DNA of 63,854 nucleotides, filler included, from Saprolegnia diclina VS20 (lineage: Eukaryota): the NCBI RefSeq assembly GCF_000281045.1. It is 4 parts of 2 records of this genome, joined end to end, with 100 filler letters (N's around TTAATTAATTAA, not from the genome) between each part and the next. Parts side by side here need not be neighbours in the genome. Positions count along the whole stretch, not along the records: positions 1 to 14,559 come from NW_008246076.1; positions 14,660 to 38,194 come from NW_008246076.1; 2 more parts are not named here. The stretch is one strand, 5' to 3'. How positions within the stretch are numbered: position 1 is the stretch's first letter; the number at the start of each line of letters is the position of its first letter. Below the pieces are notes generated by a model. That model ran no database searches. It saw only the letters and a program-made list of their open reading frames with translations, and was not told where the DNA came from. Position numbers and translations under genes: made by a program. Positions 12,081 through 23,912 of this stretch are shown here, piece after piece.

Positions 12081-13334
12081 CTAGACAAAGTTGACCTCGT
12101 CGCCGTCGTACGGCACGTACTCAAGCTCATGGCAGTTGTCAAACTGGAGGTCGTCGCCATTCTTGTAGGCGGCGGACGGGTCGATGCTCGAGAACGCGAT
12201 GAATTGCTCCATCGTCCGCTTGGTGCCGAGGCTGTAGAGCTCGATGTCTTGGCTAAAGTGCTCGTCGCTCGTCGTCGAGAGGCCGAGGACCTTGCGGATG
12301 CGGCGCTTGGAGTTTTGCTGTATGACCCAGCGCGCGCCCCAGTCNNNNNNNNNNNNNNNNNNNNNNNNNNNNNNNNNNNNNNNNNNNNNNNNNNNNNNNN
12401 NNNNNNNNNNNNNNNNNNNNNNNNNNNNNNNNNNNNNNNNNNNNTACATGTCGTAGCCGTGCGTGAAGAGCCGCGCGGCCTTCGAGTACTCTTCGCCGTG
12501 AAAGAGGTACGGCGTGTGCGGGTCGTTGCGCACGTCGAGCGCCGACTGCGCCGTGCCAAAGTTGAAGCCGCCGGCGAATTGCGACATGAGCCGCGGCTTG
12601 GATGGCACGGGCACCGTGATCGACGCGCTGTACTGGATCATCGAGTCCTTGTCCTCGGTCTCGATCTTGGCATGACACATGAGCGTCACGCGCTTCCGGA
12701 AGACGCCGTCCGGCGGCATGTTGGTCGTTGCGTCCGGGTACACGGTGATGATTGCGCGCTTGTTGCCGATCGAGTCCCATTGCGAGAGGACGTCCGTGTC
12801 CCAGTGCTTGATAAAGAGCGTGTGCGAATCGATGGCCAAGACGAAATCGTCGATGGCCAAGTCGATGCCCTTCTCCGACTCGTACCGACCGAGCGTCGGG
12901 CCCGTGGCTTGGTCGGCATCGATGGTACCGTTGCGCCGCAGCCGCTCGGACCGGCGACACTCGGCGTCGCCCACCTTGGCGCAATAGGCGTCAAAGCAGC
13001 GCTCCTCGCCTTCGTGCAAGTAGAGCTGGTCAAAGAGGCTCACAGTCACGCGCTCGGGCACGGCGGCGCGCGTGAAGAGCGAGTCGAGCGTCTCGGCGCA
13101 TCGGAGCGTGTCGCGGTAGTTGGCAATGAGCACGATGATGCGGCGGTGCGGCGGCGGCGTCGGCTCGGCCACGCGGAGGTGCAGCGCTTGGCCGCTCGCC
13201 GGCACCGCCGCCTTGTCCATGCTGGCAAAGGACAGGTTGAGGAAGAGCATGACGCTAACAACCATGCCGAGCCCGAGGATCACGATGAACTTGGGCGTCA
13301 GCGGCGACGCGGCCCGTCGGCGAGGCGGCGCCAT
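12081..13334 (-). CDS. GT60-family GlcNAc transferase (Gnt1-like) with N-terminal membrane anchor; spans an N gap at 12345-12444
   Basis: Motifs IANYRD..C..TL, A.GPT.GRY, IDSHTLF..HWD, ITVYP, FAGGFNF and DPHTPYLFHGEE...AARLFTHGYD. Hydrophobic segment FIVILGLGMVVSVMLFL. Confidence 0.9.
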   Translation of the reverse strand: MAPPRRRAASPLTPKFIVILGLGMVVSVMLFLNLSFASMDKAAVPASGQALHLRVAEPTPPPHRRIIVLIANYRDTLRCAETLDSLFTRAAVPERVTVSLFDQLYLHEGEERCFDAYCAKVGDAECRRSERLRRNGTIDADQATGPTLGRYESEKGIDLAIDDFVLAIDSHTLFIKHWDTDVLSQWDSIGNKRAIITVYPDATTNMPPDGVFRKRVTLMCHAKIETEDKDSMIQYSASITVPVPSKPRLMSQFAGGFNFGTAQSALDVRNDPHTPYLFHGEEYSKAARLFTHGYDMXXXXXXXXXXXXXXXXXXXXXXXXXXXXXXXXXXDWGARWVIQQNSKRRIRKVLGLSTTSDEHFSQDIELYSLGTKRTMEQFIAFSSIDPSAAYKNGDDLQFDNCHELEYVPYDGDEVNFV

Positions 13335-14054
13335 GAGGATGCGGTCGGGCTGAAGAAACGCAAGGTGCCATCCCGTCCCGAGGTGGGCATTCCGGATATT
13401 GAGCAGTGTATCCGGATGATCTGCCTCCAGGCACGTGGCAGCCTGGCAGAGGAGAATGACCAACCTCGACGCGGCTTTTGCCTGGCGTTGGACAGACCTG
13501 GTTGGTGCCTTCGAGCGGTGGCCGCAAAGTCGGAAAATAAGAATATATATATGTATATGTACGTGTAGAAGGCGTCGCAAGAGTTGGTGAGAGGAATGGG
13601 GTTGCAAATGTTGTGAGATTAGCTTCTNNNNNNNNNNNNNNNNNNNNNNNNNNNNNNNNNNNNNNNNNNNNNNNNNNNNNNNNNNNNNNNNNNNNNNNNN
13701 NNNNNNNNNNNNNNNNNNNNNNNNNNNNNNNNNNNNNNNNNNNNNNNNNNNNNNNNNNNNNNNNNNNNNNNNNNNNNNNNNNNNNNNNNNNNNNNNNNNN
13801 NNNNNNNNNNNNNNNNNNNNNNNNNNNNNNNNNNNNNNNNNNNNNNNNNNNNNNNNNNNNNNNNNNNNNNNNNNNNNNNNNNNNNNNNNNNNNNNNNNNN
13901 NNNNNNNNNNNNNNNNNNNNNNNNNNNNNNNNNNNNNNNNNNNNNNNNNNNNNNNNNNNNNNNNNNNNNNNNNNNNNNNNNNNNNNNNNNNNNNNNNNNN
14001 NNNNNNNNNNNNNNNNNNNNNNNNNNNNNNNNNNNNNNNNNNNNNNNNNNNNNN

Positions 14055-14559
14055 GTCTTGGCATCGTCGAACGCCGTCTTCATCGTCTTGATCGGGTCGA
14101 GCTCTGCCATCGCCTTGAGACGCGCGCCGGCCTTCTTCTTCTTCTGGACAGGCGACGACGCCGGTGACGGCAGCAGAAGTCGATACTTCCCCATAAAAAG
14201 GAGGTCGAGCTGCAGGCCGCCAATCGCGATGAACTGCGTCGTGTCGACACCCGGCACGAGCTCCAGCTTGACCTGTCCGAGAAACGCAGCGCGGTGGCCG
14301 AGAGGAAGCGTCGGGAGGTCGTCGAGGCCCACCGTTTGCGTTGTACGGCAGCACGATGATCGTGTCCGTGGCCTTCAGGCCGTCCGGAAAGAAGGCCTGG
14401 AGCTTGGCCGTGTCGACGTCGTGGGCGTCCTTGGGAAGAAGACTGCCAACGTCGCGGAGCGAGACCTCGAACATGGCCTTGAGCGCCGTCGAGACGTCGT
14501 GCGTGGGAAAGACCGCCGAGACGCTCGCCGGGTCGAGCTCGTACGCGGCCGATCCGCCG
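14055..14559 (-). CDS. Internal fragment of an unidentified protein between gaps, with an apparent +1 frameshift near 14337
   Basis: Strong coding-like codon bias. Removing one A from GCAAACG restores ...LPYNATVGLDDLPTL..., joining the two ORF-track frames. Confidence 0.55.
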
Positions 14560-14659
14560 NNNNNNNNNNNNNNNNNNNNNNNNNNNNNNNNNNNNNNNNN
14601 NNNTTAATTAATTAANNNNNNNNNNNNNNNNNNNNNNNNNNNNNNNNNNNNNNNNNNNN
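14560..14659. other. Artificial assembly spacer (44 N + TTAATTAATTAA + 44 N)
   Basis: Six-frame stop linker centred in a 100-nt gap; identical at three places in the window. Confidence 0.95.
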
Positions 14660-15323
14660 GCCGGGTGGCGGGAGGTAGACAACAGCGTACGTGGCCTTGC
14701 GGTCGAGCTGCAGCACCTCGTAGTACGAGGCAGTCAACGAGCCTTGCATCGTCGTCGTCGGCCACGTTCGATTTCGAGTTTGGTGGCAACTGCGACAAGG
14801 ACGTGCCGCGTGATTGGCTCGTTTTGCATGATGATGGGATGCGATCCAGCAGCATAATCTTTACGCGGCCACAAGCAGCCTCGAAGCGGCGACCGCTTGT
14901 ATCAGCGCCGTGGCCGTGGGCGGTCTCTCAAATGCGTCGCCGCCGAGGTGGCCGAGCGCCATGTCGGCTGAGGTGGAAAGGCGGTACAGCCGTTTTGTAG
15001 CGATCTGTCCAATCAACGGCCGGAACGATAGCCATTTTGACCAATCGAATGCGTGCCTATGGCGATCTTCGGCCACGACTTCAACGTCATCGAAAGGATG
15101 GGAAGATATGCTTTCAGAAGGCGGGACGATAAGCACTGGACGAGGAGGACGCGGTGCCAGGTGTTGCATGGACGCACTGCAGTCAAGTGCGAGGTTTTGT
15201 CTCCGGGACGTGGTGACTGGCCCGTCCCAAGCTCGCGACGTGGACGGTAGACGATTAAAGAAATGGTCCGGTTCTTTAATGGCAGCATCCAGAACGAGTC
15301 GAGATTTCCATTGTGAGAGGGCA

Positions 15324-16622
15324 ATGGATCAAGGCCAAGCGACCGAGGTAATTGAGGTCGACGACGATAGTACCGACGTGATGGGCGCGAGCCGTGTGCC
15401 GCCACAGCGCAGCCACGGGGTGACGACCGACACGCTCGACTCTAACCGCAAGCCCAAAGACCTCTCCATGCCGAACAGCGACAAGGACGCGGTGGGCCAG
15501 GACGAACTACGGGACGGGGCGACGCTCGACCGCGTACCTCACGGTGTCTCGCCCGACGGGGCGTGGCCGGTGCGATGGACGTCGTCCTGGCGATCGTTTG
15601 ACGACCTTATGACCACGGTGGCCAATCTGCACGCACGCTGCAAGACGGAGGTCACGTGCGAGGCGCGGCCGTTTAACGAGCACGCGTTCGGCCGGGCCTT
15701 TCCCGCTGCGATCTTTTGCGCCGGGACACCCGAGCGCGGTGCCTTGGTGTGTTCGCACGACGCCTGCGACTACCGCATCGGCTTTGCCTACAACTACCAC
15801 CTCGCGCTCTACACGGTGCACCCCTCGGCGACGCGCTTGCGACACTGCCACGACATTGTGTCAGCGGCGCCGCCGTCATCGCTTCTCACGCCGCTTGATC
15901 ACGACACGCTCTATGCAGCCGGCGTCGGCGCCCGCCTCTGGCCCACGCCGTGGCCGGCGCAGTGGTCCACGTTTTCGGACCTCCAGGGCTTTGTGGCGTG
16001 GATGCAGATCGCGTTTGAGACGTCGCTCGCCAACGACGTCCGGTGCTTTACGCCGGCGGCCTTTGCAGCCACGTTCCCGGACACACCCTGGAACGACCGG
16101 TGCGTGCAGCGCGGGTTCTTTTACTGCAACGCGGCCCACGACTGCCCGTTCCGCCTCTACTATGCGTTCGACGCCGCGACTGCCATATACGCGGTCATGA
16201 CGACGACGTCGCGCCTCGCGCACAGCCATGAGACCAAAGGCGGCGCAGTCGATGCAACGCGTGCCGTGGTACCGCCACGAACGACGATGGCCAAGCCCAA
16301 GATTGGGATCGTCGCGCCGTCAGCCTGTATTGGCGAGCGCAGTCGTAGCAGCAAGCGCAAGCGCCGAGCAGTAGCAGTCGCCGACGACGAGAGCAGCGAA
16401 GACGAGAACATCGAACAAGCCAACCGACGCAAGACGCTCCGGGGCCACTTTCAGGCCATCTGCAAGAAGGCGATAGGCAACACGCTCTTTTACGAGTACG
16501 CCCAGCTCGTGCTCGCCAACTTGAACACGCCCCACGACGGCGATACCGACGACGACGACGAGACGGTCGAGGCGTACCAGCCCACGAAGAGCGGCGACCC
16601 TCAGTCACGCCTAACGCGATAA
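15324..16622 (+). CDS. Hypothetical nuclear protein with two WRKY-GCM1/FAR1-like C2H2 domains
   Basis: Two ~97-aa repeats ending RG...C-x4/5-C.(Y/F)R...Y......L.H.H; basic NLS-like SKRKRR. Start at MDQGQ is inferred. Confidence 0.65.
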   Translation: MDQGQATEVIEVDDDSTDVMGASRVPPQRSHGVTTDTLDSNRKPKDLSMPNSDKDAVGQDELRDGATLDRVPHGVSPDGAWPVRWTSSWRSFDDLMTTVANLHARCKTEVTCEARPFNEHAFGRAFPAAIFCAGTPERGALVCSHDACDYRIGFAYNYHLALYTVHPSATRLRHCHDIVSAAPPSSLLTPLDHDTLYAAGVGARLWPTPWPAQWSTFSDLQGFVAWMQIAFETSLANDVRCFTPAAFAATFPDTPWNDRCVQRGFFYCNAAHDCPFRLYYAFDAATAIYAVMTTTSRLAHSHETKGGAVDATRAVVPPRTTMAKPKIGIVAPSACIGERSRSSKRKRRAVAVADDESSEDENIEQANRRKTLRGHFQAICKKAIGNTLFYEYAQLVLANLNTPHDGDTDDDDETVEAYQPTKSGDPQSRLTR

Positions 16623-17163
16623 GAGGCATGGACTCGGCTCGTATGTTGTCTGGCTCTGCGTTGTTGTTCCGACTAGAGGAAGGTCAAGGTGGTGGTCGCT
16701 GCCGTGCCATAGCCCACACATGTGATGTCTCTAGGCAGACGCGTCATGGGCGCCGTACCGCGACGATGGTCGAGGCGCGGCTAGCATGCGGCGGCACGTG
16801 GCCCTCGCCGGCGACGGGCCGCACGCGACCTCGGCCGGCCCTTGCCGTCGCGGCCGTCCCACTGCCGTTGTCGAACTATCTTTCGAAATGAATAACTATT
16901 AATTTATACAGGGACCAAAGTAGCAGGTGTAATATAAAAACGTATATTTATTGAAGTACGATTTTAAATACCTACAATTCTATTGCACCCGCCATGCACT
17001 TTGTATTGGTATGGTGGATGCGATCGCATGGTATATTAATATATGGCATGTTAAAATAGGTAAGAATTATAAAAAGCGACTTTCGCACGGCAATAAATTA
17101 CGCATCGCCACCCCATATAATCACTCGAGCGAGACTGGAGGAGTGGCAAGGACCGCGGCCGGC

Positions 17164-19100
17164 ATGACCATCACCTCGGACGAAGTCAACTTCCTCGTGT
17201 ACCGGTACCTCCAGGAGTCGGGTACGTCGACGTCGCCTCGGCCATGGCCTCATGCGCCGTCGTAGGCTTCGTGCATGCGGCCTTTACCTTTGCCTACGAA
17301 AGCCAGCTCGCACGGAGCTCCGTGGTCTCGACCGAGATTCCGCCGGGCGCGCTCATCTCGTTCCTCCAGAAAGGCCTTCTCTACGTTGGCATTGAAGCGC
17401 ACGTGAACGAGGTAGTAGCTCATACTTCGCCATTCTTCGCCGCTCAGCATGGCGTAGGATGGCACGGAGCGCGAGTGCGACGCTGAGCTCTCGCTCCTCA
17501 ACCCACACATCTGCCGCATCGCGCAGTCGGTCTCACGAACGAGCAGCAACAAGCCTGGGAAGCGCAAGCGCAAGGCCGACGACATTGGCGGCATCAACTC
17601 GCCCGACTCGGTGACCGACCCGACCACAGCGACGCCCACCGCCGACGCAGGTGCGATCGCCTGAGGACGATACTATCACTCATGGATCGTCGAATGTAGC
17701 CCATCTGCCGCCGCCCGCCGAGGCGTCGCCCGATACGCTCGTCCTCAAGGGCCACGAGAAGGACGTACGACATTGCACTCGGACGCCAGAATCTCATCAT
17801 GCGCGTAGGCGTTTAGCTGCCTCTGGCAACCCATGCACAACACATTAGTCACTGGCTCGTCCGACTCGACGGCACGGATATGGTCGGTCGGCGCCTCGGA
17901 CTTTGGCGCGTCGACGCCCGTGACGAGCATCGTCCTGCCACACGGCGACGGCGCGTACAAGGACGTGACGACGCTCGAGTGGAACGTACGCATCCCATCT
18001 TGATCTCTCTCTACGTCCGCGTCCTCATGCTGACGTATAGCGCGACGGCAGCTGCATTGCGTCCGGCTCGTACGACGGGCACACGCGTCTCTGGTCGCCG
18101 TCCGGTACGCTGCCGCCATCTCGCAACATACGTTCTTATCGTACCTAGGCGAACTGCAGTACGAAGCGCAGCACCATCTCGGGCCTGTCTTTGCCGTGCG
18201 CTGGAACCCGTCGAATACGCTCCTACTCAGTGCGTCGTACGACAGCACGGTCGCGCTCTGGGACGTGGCCGCGTCACACAAAGTGAGTCAAGTCCGGCTC
18301 CACGACGGTACGCTCGTCGTCGTTCGTCACGAGTGGCGACCATCGGGACCATGTAGAAGCCGCCATCTTGGACGCAGCGTGGAAGGACGACACGACATTT
18401 GCAACCTGCTCGTCCGACACGACGATTCGACTCGCGAGCGTTGGCGAAGCCGCGCCGTCGACCGTGCTGCGTGGCCACACCGACGAGATCAACTCGATCA
18501 AGTGGGACCCGTCCGGGTCGCTTCTCGCCTCGTGCTCGGACGACTGCTCGGTCAAGCTCTGGCGTCCGGTACGAAGACTTTGGCTTGTCCTGGGCGCAGC
18601 TCAATGGCCTGATGTAGACGGAGACGGCGTGCGTGCTGGACCTCAAGGAACACACAAAGGAGGTGTATACGATCCGGTGGGGGCCATCCAACCACGTCTT
18701 GGCGAGCACGTCGTTTGATACGACGGTCAAGCTATGGGACGTGGAAGCCGGCAAGTGCCTCACGACCCACGCCCACGAGTAGGAAGAGCATGCTTAGGAC
18801 TTGGGTTGCTGAGGACGTGGGATGTAGGAACGCCGTGTACGCGATTGCCTTCAGTCCGAATGGTCAGTTTTTGGCCAGCGGGTCGATCAGCGGCGTCGTT
18901 CAAGTGTGGTCGTTGCAGGTACATTCGACACCTTTGCGATCGTGCAATATGGTATTGATGGTGGATTATAGGACGGGTCGCTCGTCAAGTCGTACAAGGG
19001 CGTCGGCGACATCTTTGAGGTCAACTGGAACTACGACGGCAGCATGCTCTCGGCGTGCTTCTCGACCGGCGACGTGCTCGTCATGCACTTTCGCGTCTAG
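17164..19100 (+). CDS. TBL1: TBL1/Ebi/Sif2-like LisH + WD40 protein (multi-exon)
   Basis: [28 protein letters not shown]...[13 protein letters not shown], followed by WD repeats ([24 protein letters not shown]). Confidence 0.92.
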
Positions 19101-19713
19101 TCTAGTGTAGCGTTGTAGGATATATAGCAATCTCAAACACAATCACCCTTTGTATCGTCAATATCTGCTCGTCCGCCACTGTCGTCCGCTCCTCGACCTG
19201 ATCTGCCCACTTGGCATGCGTCACTAGCATCGTGGCAGGTGCGTTGACGACATCTGTAGCGGCAAGAAGCGCCTTGCGCTGCAGCTGCGATAGCCACATC
19301 GTAGCTCGGCTCGTGCCAGCGGCCAGAGAGACAGGAGCTAGGGACGTGCACGGACGTGGCATACCGTATGGCGTGCGCGCCACCCACCAACGCACGTGCA
19401 TGAGGCACACGTGGCATGCAACGGCACTGCGTGGTCGCCGCTGCAACGAGCATGAGCATGCGCAGGCTGGTGGCGCCCAGAGGCGAGCTACAGGCGGCGA
19501 TGATCCGTGGCCTGCGCGCTGCTACATGTGGCCAGATGCGGCTGGAGCTGCTGGCCGATCGTTCATCCTCGTTCGTCAGCGTGCATTTTATTTTATTATT
19601 ATTTTTGACGGCGAAAGGCCATCAACTCTGAGAGGTCCTCCTTGAAGTTGGTCCTGCGACACGTGCGCTGGTGCTGGCCGGACGCCACTTGCGGATTTGC
19701 CACTTCCTCCACC

Positions 19714-20776
19714 ATGCTCCGCACGACGACGACGACCTTGCGCAAGCCGACAACGATGGCCCGCGGCTTTAGCTCGGCGGCCAACAAGATTGGCATCATT
19801 GGCCTCGGCCAGATGGGCGGCCACATGGCCCGCAACCTCGCGGCTGCCGGCAACCACCTCGTGGTCTTTGACGTCGTCGACGCCAACGTGCAGGCCGCCA
19901 AGGCGCACGGCAAGGTCGACGCGGCCGCGACGCCGCGCGAGGTCGCCAAGCAGTGCCACACGATCGTGACCATGCTGCCCTCGACGCCGCATGTCCAAGA
20001 GGTCTACCTTGGCAGCACCGGCCTCATCCATGAGCTCACAAAGGACCATCTCTTGATCGACTCAAGCACAATCGACCCGACGTTCACGAAATCGCTCTCG
20101 GCGACCATCTCGGAGACGGGCGCGCTCATCATCGACGCACCGGTTTCGGGCGGCGTCAACGGCGCCAAGAACGCGACCTTGACGTTCATGGTCGGCGGTT
20201 CGACCCCTGCGTTTGACAAGGCGCAGAAGGTCCTCAAGCAAATGGGCAAGAACATTGTGCATTGCGGCGGCCCTTGTAAGTTCATATATGTCTCCTGAGT
20301 CACAAGCTGATGACGAGCATGACGTAGCGACGGGCCAAGCCGCCAAGATCTGCAACAACCTGGCGCTCGCGATCCAGATGACGTCGGTGGCCGAGGCGCT
20401 CACGCTTGGTGACAAGCTTGGCATTGACCCCAAGGTCCTCTCGAGGTACTACCAATCACATCTCATTGCGTGATTGATGATGCGTGGGTGCAGCATTATG
20501 AACACGTCGACGTCGCAGTGCTGGTCGACGACGGCCAACAACCCGTACCCGGGTGTCATGGAGGGCGTGCCGGCGAGCAACGACTACAACGGCGGGTTTG
20601 CCTCTGTGCTCATGCGCAAGGACCTCGGTCTCGCGATCGACGCGGCCAAGAGCGTCGAGGCGTCGATCCCGCTCACGTCGAGCGTGCACCAGTTTTACAA
20701 TATGATTGTCAACACCGGCCACGGGAAGAAGGACTTTGGCTACATTCTCAAGTTTCTCGAAGGCAAACACGCCTGA
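19714..20776 (+). CDS. HIBADH: 3-hydroxyisobutyrate dehydrogenase, mitochondrial (2 introns)
   Basis: Motifs IGLGQMGGHMA, IDSSTI, DAPVSGG, AKICNN, NPYPGV and GFASVLMRKDL; presequence-like N-terminus. Confidence 0.95.
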
Positions 20777-20849
20777 GCGTCTATGGAAACATGACAATAT
20801 TGTGGAATATCAACAAAGTGTACACGGATGTCGCAGAAGATACGAGTTC

Positions 20850-21555
20850 TTATTGGCTGCTCACAGCGTCGCGTTCGGTTTGCTTGACCATGTCGCCGTC
20901 AATCTTCATGACGTTCCGGAGGCGCTTGAGCACGTTGAGACGCGCCTCCTCCTTGGACAAGCCTTCGTAAATCGGGTTGCCCGAGAAGAGCACGTCGCGC
21001 AGCTTTGGTAAATTGGACTAGAATCGTCCATGTTAGCAGCATGCGATGGAAGAAAGCGTACGAGTTTGTCGAGTTCGTCCCAGCTCTTGAGGAGGTTGTT
21101 GGAGATGTAGAGCGTCGTGAGGTTCGTCAAGCCCGAGAGACCGTCCAGCGTCGTAATGACGTTGTACGAGATCCAGAGCTCTTCGAGCGTATCTGACACG
21201 TCATCGAGCTTTTCGATCTTCTTGATTTGGTTGCGCCCGAGCGAGAGAATGCGCAGCTTCTTCATGCCCGAGAGCGGAATCAGCCGATCGATCGAGTTGG
21301 TCGAGAGCGAGAGATGCCTAGCGTCAAGTTCGTTAGTATAATGGAATGCGCATGAAGAAGTACTCGCAATTTTTCAGCGTGTTGAGCGAGTTGTCGAGCT
21401 TGGCGATGGGCGGGATCTGGCAGTAGAGCTTGACGACCGGCGCCTCCTCGGACGATGCATTCTCCTTGGCCTCCCACGCCTTGATGGCTTGACTGCACGT
21501 CGTCTAGCGAGATATAAGTGCTTAGTCCGGAGCGAAGGCGGCGCATGTCGACCAT
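20850..21555 (-). CDS. DNAL1: Axonemal dynein light chain 1 (LC1), LRR protein (3 introns)
   Basis: M|TTCSQAIKAWE...KLYCQIPPIAKLDNSLNTLKNCE|HLSLSTNSID...LRILSLGRNQIKKIEKLDDVSDTLEELWISYN...GNPIYE...KIDGDMV. Confidence 0.93.
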
Positions 21556-21946
21556 GCTCTTGGCGTATTCTCGACTGCGGTGAAGAGTCGCGATCTTACG
21601 AGATTCATAATTAGTGTTCAATAGAGTGATGGTCATGTACGATTGCAGGCTCAGGACGCGATGCAGCCGTGCTGTAGGATGCTGCAGTCGACGCTAGCCA
21701 CGAATTTGATGCTGCTACGTAGTGGTACGACCGGCGCAGCCATCCACGAAGCATCCACTGCGCCGCTATTGCTACTCTCGAGTGAACACGTAAAATAGAG
21801 TGCGTAAGGTATGGGAAATAGAGTAAAATATAATGCACACTACCTTTGTCGTGGACGACGAACCATAATCGTGTTGTTAAACGGTAGATATAGTGTATAG
21901 CCGGATACGCTGGCACAGTACGGATATCACCAGAAAGTGCAAACTC

Positions 21947-23054
21947 ATGGCGACGCGTCTGGCCAAGGAGATGCGGCGGTTCGGCATTGCGTTTGACATT
22001 GATGGCGTCTTGATCCGGTCGGTCCTTTGCGCTCCATGTGTTCGATTCCTCATTGTCTATGGGCGGTAGCGGCGGGAAGGCGCTCCCGAACGCGAGCAAG
22101 CGCCTTTTGCAGCTGCAGTCGCAGGGCGTCCCGCACATCTTCCTCACCAACGGCGGCGGCTGCGTCGAGGAGAAGAAGACGTCCAACCTGAGCAAGATCC
22201 TCGATGTGCCAATCGACCCGCGCCAGATGATCCTCGCGCACACGCCCATGCGCGAGCTCGTGCATCAGTTTGGCGGTCCGTTCGCGACATTTGGATGACA
22301 GACACTCAACGCGCTGACGTGGATGTAGACAAGAAGGTGCTTGTCATGGGCGCCTACGATGTCTTGGACGTGGCGCACCACTATGGTTTTCAGAAGGTCG
22401 TGTCGATCGAGGACCTCGCACATGCGAGTCCGCACCAGTACCCGTTCTTGCCGTGGCCCCACAAGTAGACTGCACGACAAATATGGCGCACTGAGGCTTG
22501 ACGCTAGGCCGCACCACCTCGAGGACGAGCCAATTGGCGCAATCATCATCTTCCACGACCCGATCCACTGGGCGCAGGATCTGCAGATCGCAATCGATGC
22601 GCTGGTCGGCGGCCATCCGCTCGGGAGTGGGACCGGGCCGCAGACGCCGCTCTTTGTGAGCAACGACGACTTTACCTTTAGCGGTGCGTATCCCGTGCCC
22701 CGGTTTGCGCAAGGTGCCTTTACGCGCTGCCTCCAACTGCTCTTCGAACAGCACACGGGCAAGCCTTTGCAAGTGACGCGGTTTGGGAAGCCCCACCTCG
22801 TTCAGTACGAGTTTGCCGAGCAAGTCATGCGCGAGCAAGCACCCAATTGCGACCGGTTCTACGGCATTGGTGACAACCCGTTCAGCGACATTCAAGGTGC
22901 GAACACCGCCGGCAACCACTGGACGTCCGTGCTTGTGCGCACCGGCGTCTTCCAGTCGGATGCCGACAACCATGAAGAGCATCCCGGCGATGTTGTCGTC
23001 GACTCGGTGGACGAAGCCGTCGAATGGATCTTGACCCAAGAAGGCGTCCTCTAG
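21947..23054 (+). CDS. HAD-superfamily IIA hydrolase, HDHD5/CECR5-like (multi-exon)
   Basis: Motifs FGIAFDIDGVLIR, FLTNGGG, PRFAQGAF, FGKP, IGDNPFSDIQGAN and SVLVRTGV. Confidence 0.9.
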
Positions 23055-23912
23055 AGTCGAAACGTCGATCGGTAGCAAGCGAACGACCCGGGACACTCGA
23101 ATGCGCTACTAGTACTAGAGAAGGGACGATAAACTGCGGCCATAGAAGTGAAGTAGCTCCCATGACGACACGTTGGAGTATGCAACGCATTGATAGCCTC
23201 ATTATGTAGTCTCTCATTGCACCGATCGCACGGACTCGCGCTCGCAAGGAACGCTGGTAGCCCAACGCAGACTCGACTTTGGCAAAGCAGGAAGTTCATT
23301 GTGGCATATGCCGCAAAATGTTGTTAGTTTTGGCATATGCCGCGTCGAAGAAAGGGGGCGATTGCTCTTGCTGTACACCTTTACTGGTGACGGGAAGTAG
23401 CGTTTTGCGCTCCCCACGACGTCCTCTATGACTGTGTTGAGTACGAGCGATTTCATTTTCAAAAGCCATTTGGGCGATCGAGGCGCTCGGCGGTCGTGGC
23501 GCCGAGCGCAGCATCGCACAGGATTGGCCAAAAATGCATCTTTTTGGCCAATAAAAAGGAGCGAAAACGTTTTTATTCGCAGTTGCGTCCCAGCCTGCCG
23601 CTCTTGGTCGACGCTGCTCTATTCTCTTACGTAGCACGCGCACTTGACTCCACTTTGCTAGTCATTACATATGACGAAGACATAAATGTGTCATATACAT
23701 ATGTGGTCCTCGTCAGACCTATGACTGAAACGTAGAGAAGGGAATATCTGGTTCACTTCACCAGGCTCCATCATGGTGTGAAGGCAGAGCTTCTGCTCTT
23801 GCTGCTTGGACAACTGCTGTAGCTTCTGGACAGTGATTAGGGCTTGGATCCGCGAGCCAACTCACGTACGAACAACGAGCGTGGTATTATAAATACGGTG
23901 CAACGCAGACGA

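Noticed and set aside
14330..14345. Programmed frameshift in the inter-gap fragment
   Set aside because: A single extra base in a short A run on a small contig between gaps is more simply a sequencing error; there is no slippery heptamer.
12081..14474. 797-aa ORF fusing GT60 with an upstream segment
   Set aside because: It reads through N gaps and non-coding sequence; GT60 has its own start at 13334.
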